Source: Balanoglossus misakiensis
Lineage: Eukaryota > Animalia > Hemichordata
DNA length: 64,000 nt
Assembly: GCA_040954595.2 (NCBI GenBank)
Contig: CM082590.2
Span: 8,308,001 to 8,372,000 of the forward strand
Direction: 5' to 3'
Both the position numbers and the translations under genes were made by a program. Shown in pieces: positions 13,301-25,623 of this stretch. Positions within the stretch are counted from its first letter, which is position 1. The number at the start of each line of letters is the position of its first letter. The notes below the pieces were generated by a model. The model searched no databases. It worked only from the letters and a program-made list of their open reading frames with translations, and was not told where the DNA came from.

Positions 13301-16300
13301 AAGCTGCAGTTTGAGAGGAAACGTTGGTGGTGGGAAATAAGCGTGCTGGTGGGAAATTGGCCGAGGGGCCAACTTCGAAAACACAAAATCTTCACTGACG
13401 CTAGTACTCGGACAGATTTCTTTTGAAGGTCATTGCACTGTATGACGTACATGCGGACATCTATTTGTTTAACGAAAGTCTCAAAACAAACATTTGGTTC
13501 CTTGATAAAGAACGTACAGCTGGAACAAACGTCAATGGAATTTTGTTCAAATTCCATCAAACATGTTCGTTCAATTACTATCATTGAAAAACAGTACTGT
13601 CATGCGTTTAAAACTGACACTAGATGGCACTCATAATCGTTGCAACTCTATTTCCATTTCAGATCAGACTCGAATGTAGAACTTGGACAGCATATTGCAT
13701 ACGAAACCGTGTGTTGTGACGGGTGGTGGCCGGCTGATGATGGATCTTGTACAGTGGGTCAGTAATTTTAACACCATTTCTTTACTTTAGCAGGGATCAG
13801 CTCAGGTTGACTTGAGTACTGGCTAACTATTAATATTCATAGTTATTAGTATTCATAGTCATTAATATTCATGTCTGTTGCAAGTCATACCCATTCATCA
13901 ATGTATCAAAAATGGATTGAGCACACAATAATTCCTGCTGACAGCTTTTGTTTGCAAGTTTTTCACTTGAGTGCCACCAACATAATATTAATTAATCAAC
14001 TAATAATTTATTTATTGTTTCTTTACAGGATGTAACGAGGCTTTTCCTGGACAATATGGGCCGGATTGTTCGCTACAATGTCATTGCCTGAACGGAGGGT
14101 TCTGCGATCCTGTCGACGGGTCTTGCACATGCACAGCAGGATGGAGGGGCCAGTATTGCCACCGCCAATGCAACGACAACAAGTACGGCCAGGACTGTGA
14201 GGAGAAATGCCCCAATTGCTTGAACGACGGCGAATGTAACCCCGTCACGGGGAAGTGTATCTGTCCCATGGGTTACGCGGGGGACACCTGCGACGTGCTG
14301 TGCCCGGTGACCGTCGCCGGCTCCTGCTTCGACTTCTGCTCGCGCTGCCAGAACGGCGCCACCTGCGACGGTGTCGGCCTCTGCATCTGCCGCGACGGCT
14401 GGGAGGGCCAGTTCTGCGAGGAGGCCTGCGATGATGGCACCTACGGCTACATGTGCGACGAGGACTGCAACTGTCAAAATGGCGGGGTCTGCGTCTACAC
14501 CAACGGGGCGTGTATCTGCCAACCGGGTTACACGGGTAGGAGATGTCAATACAGGTGTCCTGAAGGTTACTACGGCGATCAGTGTGCCTACGAGTGTTTA
14601 TGTCTCCGTGGAACTTGTGACCATGAAAACGGAGAGTGTGACTGCCCTGCAGGTTGGAAACAGCCCTAGTAAGTAAACTATCTTTATGTTTAATTTACTT
14701 GCAACTGCGATTAAGTTTTTCTTGTGTCAATCGATCAGCACTGGGCTGACGTTTGTGTCTAAGCTCGAACCGAGAGCGTCTTACATCCATAGTTCGTCGA
14801 ACAGAAAGTATTGCAGCTTTGAATTTTGCACCTTTTTATCTGCCTAGTAATTCTCACTGTTAGCCCATGTGGAAAAGTAAAATGGAACGTTATTATAGTG
14901 TGTGTGCATCTTTAAGAAAGACCAATCGACCACAGCAGCACTGTATAAGCAATGTAAGCACATTTACGTTTGATGTGATCATATTAATTAGAGTATTATT
15001 GTATTAATATGAGTATGTGTTACACTTGCTTTGCAGCTGTGAAGACCCTTGTGATTATGGGTTCTGGGGCAATAACTGTGAGAATGTCTGTCAGTGTCCA
15101 TTCGCCTGCGATCCACAGACTGGTGACTGCCTTGCAGGTAAAAACACGGCCACTATAGGTCTCTTTCATGAACACTGACTGACTTCACATCCTTGTGTTT
15201 CGATGGTTTGAAACCATGTATCATTCAACATTTAATACAACATCCACCCTTTTGTAAAAAAAGAGACAGTTATTTCCTGGACTTTTTGGTAGATTTGCTT
15301 TGAAAACCATCAATCAGTAGACAGCAAAAGATGGCCACTTGTGACGTCATGAAAAAGTCGGGTAGAGAAACAATACAGTTATACAGAGTCAGAGGACTTG
15401 TATCACTTTATATCACTGGTAATTTAATTTTGGGACAAAGAAGTATCAAGAAGTTTGCACATCCCTGGTAATTACTGATAAAGACTTCATACAAATTTTT
15501 ATGAGTACACAAGAAAAAGCACCAAAAATATGTCAAAAGATGCAGCCATTGTCCCTTTAATACAAGCCGATTAAAGGAATATTTTTTCTTTCTCTCAATC
15601 AAGAACCAACAAATTGGCCGTGGTTATCTACCACCTCAGGTTGGCCACTAACCACGCCATTTTGGCCCTGGTTGTCGACTCCAAGTTACCAAGGCGATAC
15701 AACCGAGTACCCAAGGCCCGTGCAATCAACGACGGCGATAATGGGCGAGGGGTCACCACAGGACGGAAGCTCGTCACTCCTGGTGCCAGTCCTGGCCGCG
15801 GTTTCTGCCACACTAGTGGTTGCTTTAATCATTGCGATCGTGGTGATCTGTTTAATCAGACGTAAAAAGACCAGGTAGGTTCACTCATTCACCCAATCAC
15901 ACAGACATGAATAACTCATCGCTCTTTCTCTTCCCTTCTCTCTTGCTCTCTCTATATAGTCGCCAAAAAGACTTCTCTCTCCCTCTATCTGTAGTCGCCA
16001 AAAGGACATATCTCTCTCACTCACTCGCGTAACCAAAACCTCAATCATATACTCACTCACTCAAGCAACGAATCAACCAATCACTCATTTAGTTCAGCAA
16101 ATATTTTTGCAATCAGCCCTGTTATGTATTTATTATCAATTCTGAGTTGGCTTGATTCTAAATCGTAATTTTGATGTTCTTTCTCACAGTTCGAATGACA
16201 AGGCACCAACTCTTCCACCAAGAAACGGTAAGTCACAAATCGATACTTGCTTTAGGCTGGTTCAAGTTATCCTTTCATCAATCATTTGGCCAATTAGAGA

Positions 16301-16905
16301 ATGAATGAATGAATGAATGAACGAACGAACGAATTAATTAACGCATGACTCAATTGGCCAGTCAGTCAGTCGTTTCGTTCATTGTCAGGCAGGCAATCAA
16401 TCAATCAATCAACCAACCAATCAACCAACCAACCAATCATATTCCTGCAGACTCAAAAGAAGACGAACCAAACTACTACACATCCCTAGACGGCAGGAAC
16501 TACGCACCATACGCCCAATACCAAGCCTCACCCGAAGGCGTCAACGTCGATGTCCCCAGCACCACCCCAGCTTACATACAAGTCTACGACAACAACGCTC
16601 CTGTCAATCCACCTACACATATACCTCCCCAAGCAAAACCTCCGAGCGGCCGACCAAATAATATTACCCTGGACACTGCTGTCCCCGTTGGCGTCAACCA
16701 CACCCTTCCCACCAGGCCAACGGCTGACAACGCCGAAGGGATATACGAGACACTCCCCGGCGACCAGTATGAGTACGCGTACGCAGACCCAGCAGCAACC
16801 CCCGCATCGACAGGGGAGGACAATCGGTACATGAGCCTTCTCGAACAAAATCGCGCGAAGGAGGAGTATACCAACCTCAGCACGAGTAGAAACAACTTGG
16901 CTTGA
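10357..16905 (+). CDS. Receptor A: Draper/MEGF10-11-like multi-EGF type I membrane receptor with Tyr-motif-rich tail (~588 aa)
   Basis: Well-supported phase-compatible exons: 13663-13757 (EMI C-terminal CCDGWW..C), 14029-14668 (EGF repeats), 15037-15137, 15604-15874 (S/T/P stalk + TM LLVPVLAAVSATLVVALIIAIVVICLI-RRKK), 16190-16227, 16451-16905 (tail). Tentative 5' exons 10357-10438 (MVENFPREVFLVFPTVIPTWLVVCILS, G|GTGAG) and 11425-11509 (weak acceptor) join in frame to give a signal-peptide-like N-terminus. Confidence 0.8.
10755..11020. mobile_element. MITE family 5 copy with duplicated left end
   Basis: TAGTGGCCAGTCAA(G/A)GGACTTTCCTAAA occurs twice (~10771 and ~10882); ends CAGGTTTGACTG. Confidence 0.7.
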
Positions 16906-17566
16906 TTAAAGCACACAGTCACCCGAAAGTTACATGTCCATTAATGGCGAAAATGGCACAAAAGATTGACTGTTCCAAAGAACATATGGTGGACCACCTA
17001 AAACTATGTGAAACATGGCGGCAGTTGTCGTGCAAACTTAATATTACCCATCAAATGTTACTTCAATACACTGACCTCTGTAAACCGGCAAAGCATGATA
17101 GTAAATACGTACTGAAATTAGGTACAATATGGTGACTCATTTTTGGCAAGGGGTGATTCAACTAAAAATATTTGAGGCAGAGCTATCCAGGGTTCCTAAA
17201 GGAGTACACAATCACGTGATCAGAGCATATTTCAGCAGACGACAGACAATATGTCGTGAAGTCTTCTGGTATTCTGAAGCACTGAAGTGTTTATGCCAGA
17301 AGGATAGCTGCAATACACATTCCTGTATACCAACATATTTGAATATTAATAACCTATATACCGGTACATGCATTTATCTAAATGGCGAAATGAGATATGT
17401 TGTTTACAGAACAATGATTCAAACTCATTGTACAGTTGTACATTTAATCATGAAATACTATGTTTCCTTCGTACTTTATTTTGTATTCCTTCTCCTTTTC
17501 AGTTAAAATAAAACATATGTTTATCAAAACCTTTAAAGTAGTCTTGACCTTGTTCATAACATGTAA

Positions 17567-17773
17567 ATGTATGTATGTATGTATGTATGTATGTATGTAT
17601 GTATGTATGTATGTACCGGTATGTATGTATGTATGTATGTATGTATGTATGTATGTATGCATGCATGCATGCATGCATGCATGTATGTATGTATGTATGT
17701 ATGTATGTATGTATGTATGTATGTATGTATGTATGTATGTATGTATGTATGTATGTATGTATGTATGTATGTA
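17567..17773. repeat. (TATG)n microsatellite
   Basis: Direct reading; interrupted by (TGCA)n. Confidence 0.98.
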
Positions 17774-18064
17774 CATAAAGAGTGGTATACCGGTACATGT
17801 ACTATGACATGGACGGCAAAAAGCTGCTGTTTAAATAAAATAGTCTCATGATATCTGCTATATTTACGTGCTCCGATTTGGGCGAATGTAGCTATACCGA
17901 CGAAATGTGGTCACTTTATTTTTGAAACCAGACAATACCAGCATAAGTATTCCCACAGAACCGTGGCCAGTAGGAAAATAACAGGTTCGGGGAGTCTACA
18001 CCCTCACTCTTTTTACCTCCGTCTGATATTCAACAACACCGGAAACAAGAGACACAGACGGGAA

Positions 18065-21000
18065 ATGAAGACTTTGGAGCTCTTGTTGACATTTCTAGTC
18101 TATCAGGTAGGCCAAAAATATGGAATCACGCTTTCAATTATTCACAAAGAGCGTTGAACTGACCAAGTGTGGTGTACTACTTTAAAAATCTATGTTACAC
18201 GCTCCACAATCTGAAGACTTTTTCTGTAATATTGCTTTTCAGAGTGTACATGGCGAATCGACTCGGCCATCAACACATGTTGAAGGGAGAGTTACAAGAG
18301 AAAGTAAGCATCAGGTGGTTGTCTTGTTACCATCTATTGCAGTACTAGTCTCGCTCACGAATTACCTGTCACACATTTTCAACATAACATGGATTGGCCT
18401 CACGGTAGTAACGTTACAGCAAAAAAAAACTCATGACAGTGGTCTACCGTAATCAAAACCTGTATATTGTTAGTTTTGGCTACTTGATATAACTGCACAG
18501 GGTTTCCTTGGTGACAAAGCAACATGATAAATGTGTTAACCAATTGGTACAGGTGGCTTTTTGTTTCCATTTAGTTTCCATATGTACAGCTACTGACATT
18601 TGGAGATAGGATTCGCCATATAAGTTCCTCAACGTCGATATTTATATGAATAGAATAGGCAGGTCTGCTGGTGAAGTGAAAAGCACAGTGATCTACTCCA
18701 GCTAACTCTGGATCCTGGGTTGTTCTTCAATTCAGGTGGTGATGACATCATCAACTTTTTGACCACTGACACCGACGTCGCTGTCTTGGCCGCCGTTCCG
18801 CAATTGTCAGCCATGACCGTGTGTCTCTGGGCAAAAACCGACACCCCTACAGAGAGTGCTACACTGTTGTCCTACTGCGTCCACCCTACAGATTGCAACG
18901 AGTTTGTCATCCAGCGAACGTCTGCACTAACCCTTCTCATGTCCACCACCAAAGCTGAAACCACCTTGGCCGTTGACGACGGTAATTGGCATCACGTGTG
19001 CGTCACATGGTCTCACACATCGGTCTGGGAAGTGTATGACAACACTGCTTTGTATGCCAGCGCTAGTGGCCTGTATAACTTCCCTAGAGTCATACTACCA
19101 GGTGGTACACTTGTGCTAGGGCAGAACCAGGGCGGCCTTAGAAGTGGTTACGACCCCTCGCAGGCCTTTGTGGGCAGCATCGCAGGATTCAACATCTGGT
19201 CCAAGGTGTTGACCGCCAATGAAATCATCCACAGCTCACTGGACTGCTCCTTTGGTGGTGATGTGTTCACATGGAATACAGGTCTGGACATCCAAGGAGA
19301 TGTTACTGTAAGCTCTGGTCATGTCTGCGGTAAGTTGTCCACAACAAACAAAATTCCTCACTTGCTGCAGGACATGGATTTGTCCTAGAATTGGCCAATA
19401 TGATAACACAGAGTAACTGTACCAGAATTGGCCAATATGTAGACACAGAGTAACAGTACATTGCATAATTCCTACAGCAATTCACAATCCTTTATAAATA
19501 TTCTTCATATTAGCCCAAGCGGATACCATCGATTTACCTGCGACTGACACAGAAGTTGTGGTTCAAACGACTGTTCCTACGTTGTACGATGTGACTGTTT
19601 GCATCTGGGAGAAAACCAGCGAGTCGAGTAGAACACAGACCCTGGTCTCGTACTGTGTGGAGAGTTCTGCCTGCGATGAGTTCACCATGCTGTTCAGTGA
19701 GGTCCTCTTTCAAGTGTTTGTCAGAGAGGGCCAAGCACCCTTGGTGATTTTGCAGCTGAACGACGGCCAGTGGCATCACCTCTGCGTGACCTGGTCCTCG
19801 AGCGAGGGCGTCTGGGCAGTATACGAAGGCGGTCGGATTCTCTTTACCGAGCCTGGTTTGAAGTCGGGCAGCTCCATCAGGACCAACGGCACACTGGTGT
19901 TGGGTCAGCGGCAGGGAAGTGTCGGCGGCGGCTACGACCCGACCGAAGCCTTCGTGGGGAGAATCTCCGAATTCCAAATGTGGTCTAGAGTACTGACCGC
20001 ACAGGAGATTGCCGATGTAACCTTCAAGTGTGCAATTGGTGGAGATGTCTTTGCATGGGATGCTGACAATCTTGACCGTTCCATCAATGTTTTGCTACGG
20101 GCCAGTGATACCTGCAGTAAGTCCTTTACAGTCAAACCTGTCTATAGTGGCCAGTCAAGGGACTTTCCTAAATTGGCCTTTATAGACAAGCGCCCTAAAT
20201 AGACAGGTCAGTTAATGTACATGTAAATTGCACAGGGACTGTATCAAAGTGGCCACTAGAAACAAGTTTCCACTATACAGAGGTAGCCACTAATACAGGT
20301 TTGACTTCATAATTATGTACCGGTATTCATCTTCTTCGTCATATGTTGCCAATTATGCGTTTCTCAATAAAACACTTGTTACTTCCTTGAATATTCTTTT
20401 TTATATAGCACGAACGAATACCATACAGACCCTGGGAACAGACCATGAAATCTTCGTAGGAACTGAAGTACCAGTGATCGATAACCTGTCTTCATGTATT
20501 TGGTTCAAGAGAGTCATTGGAGGAGGTACACTTGTATCCTACTGCGTTGATTCCGATGAATGTGACGAATTTGTGCTTGGGGTGCGTGTCGATGTGTTCT
20601 TTGTTATAAGAGAACAGGAGATGCAGTTGAACTTGGAGGCGGTTACGGTTGGCGAGGAATGGCATCACGTGTGTGTCACGTGGTCTTCGGGTAACGGCAG
20701 ATGGAGCGCGTTCCATAACGGTGCCTTGTACGCCACTGGTCTGGGCATGATTCCAGGGGGTCTTGTAAGAGCTGGTGGCACCCTCGTCCTGGGGCAAAGG
20801 CAAGGCCACCTGGGAGGCGGGTTCCTGCCCTTCCAAGCCTTCCAAGGCAGCATCACTGGATTCAACGTGTGGTCCAGGGTGTTGAGCCCACAAGAAGTCG
20901 CCGATATGCAGCAAGATTGTGCCGTCGGTGGCAATGTCTTCACTTGGAATATCAGTGATCTGGATTTCACATCTGACGTCAGACTAACCAATAGTGATGT

Positions 21001-22081
21001 TTGCTGTAAGTCCTAATGTAATGTAATGTAATCTAATCTAATTTAATGCAATGTAATGTAATGTAATCTAGTGCAATGCAATGCAATGCAATGCAATGTA
21101 ATGTAATATTACTGCTTGCGGTCATCTCCTTTTATATCTGTAGGGAACTACCACTTTGTTATGCAAGTGGCATTCAATGCAACTTTCCTTTCATCTCTAA
21201 TCCTCAATTCAACAAGCTCACTTTTTCTCTTCTCCCTAGCCCAGCTAGATACTCTGGCTTTGCTACGGGAGGAAACACAAGTTATGGTCACGGTCGCTGT
21301 TCCGGAGATGACAGACGTGACGGCTTGCATATGGGAGAAAACCCACGCCCTGACACCGGATGCTACACTGGTGTCCTACTGCGTTGAAACCTGCAACGTC
21401 GACGACTTTGCCATTGGAAACACAGCGTCCCTGTACTTGATGATCAATGGCACGAAAGCACAGACATCAATGTCCGTGAATGATGGCAGCTGGCATCACG
21501 TGTGTGTCACATGGTCCTCCAGTGGTGGTATCTGGGCCTTTTATGATAATGGCACACTCCACGCCAATGGAAGTGGTCTGGCACCTGGCAGTGTGGTGCG
21601 GGCCGACGGCGCGCTTAACCTGGCACAAGACACGGACATGGCGCCGGATCTGTATCGTCAAGGCGCATCGTACGTGGGACAAATGACGGGATTTAATATG
21701 TGGTCAAGAGTGCTGACTGAGGCAGAGATTGTGGAAGCCGGGATCGATTGCTTGGTTGAGGGCGATGTCTTTGCCTGGAATACTGATGATCTGGACAGCC
21801 TGTATGACGTAGAAATTGTCTCAAGTGACGTGTGCTGTAAGCATATCTGTGTTTTGGTGACCCCCTGTCGTTACTTTGCAACTGGCCATGTAATACTGTA
21901 AATTAAGTTCTATGGGTACATCTGGTATATTCGAATTCCATTCCAGGTACATGTGACGTTATCAAATTGTAGTGAAACATCCAAGGATATTGTATAAAGG
22001 GGCATTTTGAGAAATACAGACAGACTGACTGACAGATGCAAACTTGGAATAACAAATCGTTTTTCTCCTTAATTCACAGAA
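18065..22081 (+). CDS. Secreted protein with four tandem pentraxin (LamG-like) domains (~831 aa)
   Basis: Exons 18065-18106 (MKTLELLLTFLVYQ), 18243-18303, then one domain per phase-1 exon: 18736-19329, 19514-20116, 20409-21005, 21240-21836. Each has the pentraxin signature WHH(V/L)CVTWS plus LG/AQ and (N/Q)xWSxVL. Stop probably T|AA at acceptor 22080; AATAAA near 22215. No TM seen. Confidence 0.88.
20129..20307. mobile_element. pogo/Tigger-like MITE (family 5)
   Basis: ta-CAGTCAAACCTG...CAGGTTTGACT. Homologue at 10755-11020. Confidence 0.7.
21014..21106. repeat. (AATGT/AATGC/AATCT)n pentanucleotide repeat
   Basis: Direct reading, in a pentraxin-gene intron. Confidence 0.9.
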
Positions 22082-23137
22082 AGAACCAGGATGATGAGCG
22101 TTGTCCTCTACTTTGGATGAAGTTCTCAAGTTTTAGTTTTACGAATATTCAAAGTTATCGAGTAACTTTGAGGTTGCTGGTTCTCATTATATTAGATGTA
22201 TTAGTATAAGACAGAAATAAATTTATCACTGTTGAGTGTTTCTGTGTTTTTTGACTTCTTAAATTATAGTGATTTCTCATCAGAAATAAACTGCAGAAAA
22301 ATGATGTGTGTATGGACTAAACAGTGGTATCGTGTTGAAATGTTGCATGTGATTCATCTTAACAGTCATCATCACTATCTCCCCAAAGCGTGTTGAATCA
22401 ATATGTGGCCAATTTCTATATTACTTTGTAGTACATTCGTGCAGAGTGTTTGTTGGTATTTTTCTGTTTGAGGGCTTGTGACGTACGCCCACTGTGGTCC
22501 AAGTGACCATCTCTCCTGGGCTGGCTTGAGCGTGATTTCTAAGTCTATGACGTCTGGTCGGAAGTTTGGGTCTAGCTTCTTCCATGGTTAAAAAACTGTA
22601 TTGATATTGTTTTCCCTAACATTAAGTCCAAACCGACAACTCCTCGTTGTAGGAACACTTTCTGGTCTGCCTAAGCCGAATGTGCTAATCTTATATCGAT
22701 ATGCCAGTTCAACAAGAAACTGTCGTTGAAACACAAGACAGAAGTAAAGAGAAACATCAAAGTCCTATGACACAGTTCATGGTCCCTGGATCCGGAAGTG
22801 CATGCATCCTGTATTTTCCTTATCAGTATAAAACATCTGTCTGGGCTAAACTCCTAAGAAAAACAGTAAATCCCATTGGCGTCCTGTTGCCGGATACTGT
22901 GTCCCTTCTTAATACAACAGAACTCTCATTCGTCATTCTGTCGTCTAAGCTCTCCTCCAGTTAAGGCGTGTCACAGTCAGTGTTTTTCTGGGCGCCGTCT
23001 TCGCGAACAATACTACGGATCTCTTGAAGTTTATGGGTAAAAGTACGACTATACAAGTCTAAGTGGATACCTCATATCGGATTTCTGGTGTTAAAGACGT
23101 ACAAGGTTTACATCACCACCGGATGTAAGACACAGCC

Positions 23138-25577
23138 ATGACAAACATTGTTGGTTTTGTCCTTCTGCCGATGTTGGCCTGGGCCACGTTTTGCAATGCG
23201 CAGGAGTTGGACCCTAATGGTAGTAATGTCTGCTCACAAGATCGGTAAGTGAAGTACACACTGAGGGCTCATAGAAGAACAAATTAAAGGGGGAGGGTCA
23301 CCTGAACTGCACATGTGCGACTTAGCACACCATCGTCATTGTTCCCACTATTCATGCAAGGAGAAACTGCGACAAAACACGTTTTGTCAAAGTAACTTAG
23401 AAATGTGACAAAATGGGACTGCTCGTTGTAGCACTTGAACATTGCAAGTACTTTGACAAGCTAGCAAATGGGACTCGACACTCGCAGCCAAAAACAGGAC
23501 ATCCACCGATTAAGTTGTTGACTATTACAATATACCATTAAGCAGATGTGCTATTATATAAGCTTAACTCTCTGACCCCCAGTTCCCTCTTTAAGACATC
23601 TAACTTTACCACAGGAAATAATGAGTTTGGACTTAACCATGAAAGCGTAGTCTGTTGTGTACTGTAAAACACTTGATTTTCGCGAGTCGAAATTTTTCGC
23701 GATATCGAGAGAGACCACTGTTTCGCGAGTATTAATTTTCGCGTTCTCTTATTTCATTCACTGTATCATTATCTTCAAAAAAATTTACCCGACTTTTTAT
23801 TGTCACGCTATTTTGGCTCTCGTGTAGTTCGCGAAAATTTATTGCTCTCGAAAATAAAGTGTTTTACAGTATCTTTCGGAAGCCAGTTGGCTTCCGTTGA
23901 AATGCGTGTTCAGTAAACAAACCAGTGATAGTTTTTTATTAAACATCGTGGAATATTATATACCTTAGTATAAATAGTATATATCTTCTTCATTGGGTTT
24001 ACAAAGATTTTCTTCTTTTATTACGAGCAGCTTTGGGGATCTTCTAGGTATACATTTCGATCTAGAAGAAATAAAAAATTAAAGTTACATTAATATTGGG
24101 TTTCAGTACAATATGGAAAGTGTGATATAATCATTTACTGGTGATGACCATTTACAATCGCAATGGGTCAGGGACAGGTCATTCAAATTTGGAAACAACA
24201 TTTCCGTTAATATAACATTGACCTGAAATTTGGTCGATACACAAATCCGTAGGGCTGTTGCTCCCCTGCTGTGAAATGTCCCCTGAGTGTTTAAGATAAG
24301 ACGAAATCTTTAGAAATCGTTAGCGTCAATTGCTTCATGGAGATCTTTCAATTAAAACATATATAAACTATCAGAACTGTTTCATTGTCTGCAACTGTTC
24401 AGTATCTCAATATATATTATGTTTTAAAGTGACTTTTTTCAAAATAATAATGAGCTCATTCAGACAACATTTGTTGAATAATTCGCTGTCAATTCTCATA
24501 CAACAGGTATTATTAATGTGATTACTGTGATAGCAATCACACTGACGTGTGTACTTTTATTCCTTCGGCCCACCCCTCCCCCTTGTTATAAATGAAAGCT
24601 CCCTTAGGTGTCTACTTCATATGTTTTAGCTTCATTCCCGTTTTGCAGATTTGTAGAATACACCATTACGGTGCAAAACCAAGCGTGGGAAAGGTATACG
24701 GATCAGTGTGAATTCAAGTATGGTTTCTACAACTGTACCAAATACAGGCAAGTGATAACCATGCATGAATTAACGCAATTAATGATTGTTGCGTTAATGT
24801 TAACGTTATGTTTACAGTTACAGACATTGGACACCGCCATAAACGTCAAGTGTTTTATTGTATTGTATCGTCCACAGCCACTTCGTTGTGACAACTTTGT
24901 GATTTGAATTATATCCGGGCAGACTGCCTTTTTAACAGAGGTTCCTTAGTATTCTAATCTGCATAATTATCACTGAAATAGTATATGGATTATATTAGGC
25001 AAAGATGTTGATATCAGAAATGTGATCAGTAATACTGCTATAGAAGGGACATGAGTACTACTTAATCATACAGTCTGATTATTAAGAGACCCGAACAATG
25101 TAACACGGATACAACATTAACTCTTTTCTTGTTTTAAAGGATTGTGACCAAAATTGCCTATCGAAAAGCTTTCAAGAAAGTTAGTGAACCACTATGTTGC
25201 CACGGATGGGAACAGATTCCAGGTGACACAGACTGCCAACAACGTAAGTTAAGTTGATCCAGTTTGAAAAAAAGTAATGCAGATGTCACAACAATACTAG
25301 TACTCTCTATCATCAAGATTTTTCTCAGACTTGTAATGATATCCATAGACTTTTATTCACATAAGATATGTTAACATTGCAACAGCACGTTTCTCATCAC
25401 AAGTTTCATGTCCACATGAATGTTCACTGTTTTTCACTGAACGAATCTTGAAATTGATTTCGCAGCTATATGTAGCCCGGCCTGTGAATATGGTCGGTGT
25501 GTTTCGAGTGACATCCAAGTAGCCATGTGTGTATGTGATCCGGGATACTATGGCACAACTTGTGGAACAGGTGAGAG

Positions 25578-25623
<46 letters not shown>

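Noticed and set aside
16735-16755. GIYETL as an ITIM
   Set aside because: The residue at -2 is Gly, not I/V/L/S; counted only as a YxxL motif.
17444-17851. MYVC/HTYI-repeat ORFs (also at 41942-43022 and 62214-62650)
   Set aside because: Translations of (TATG)n/(CATA)n microsatellites.
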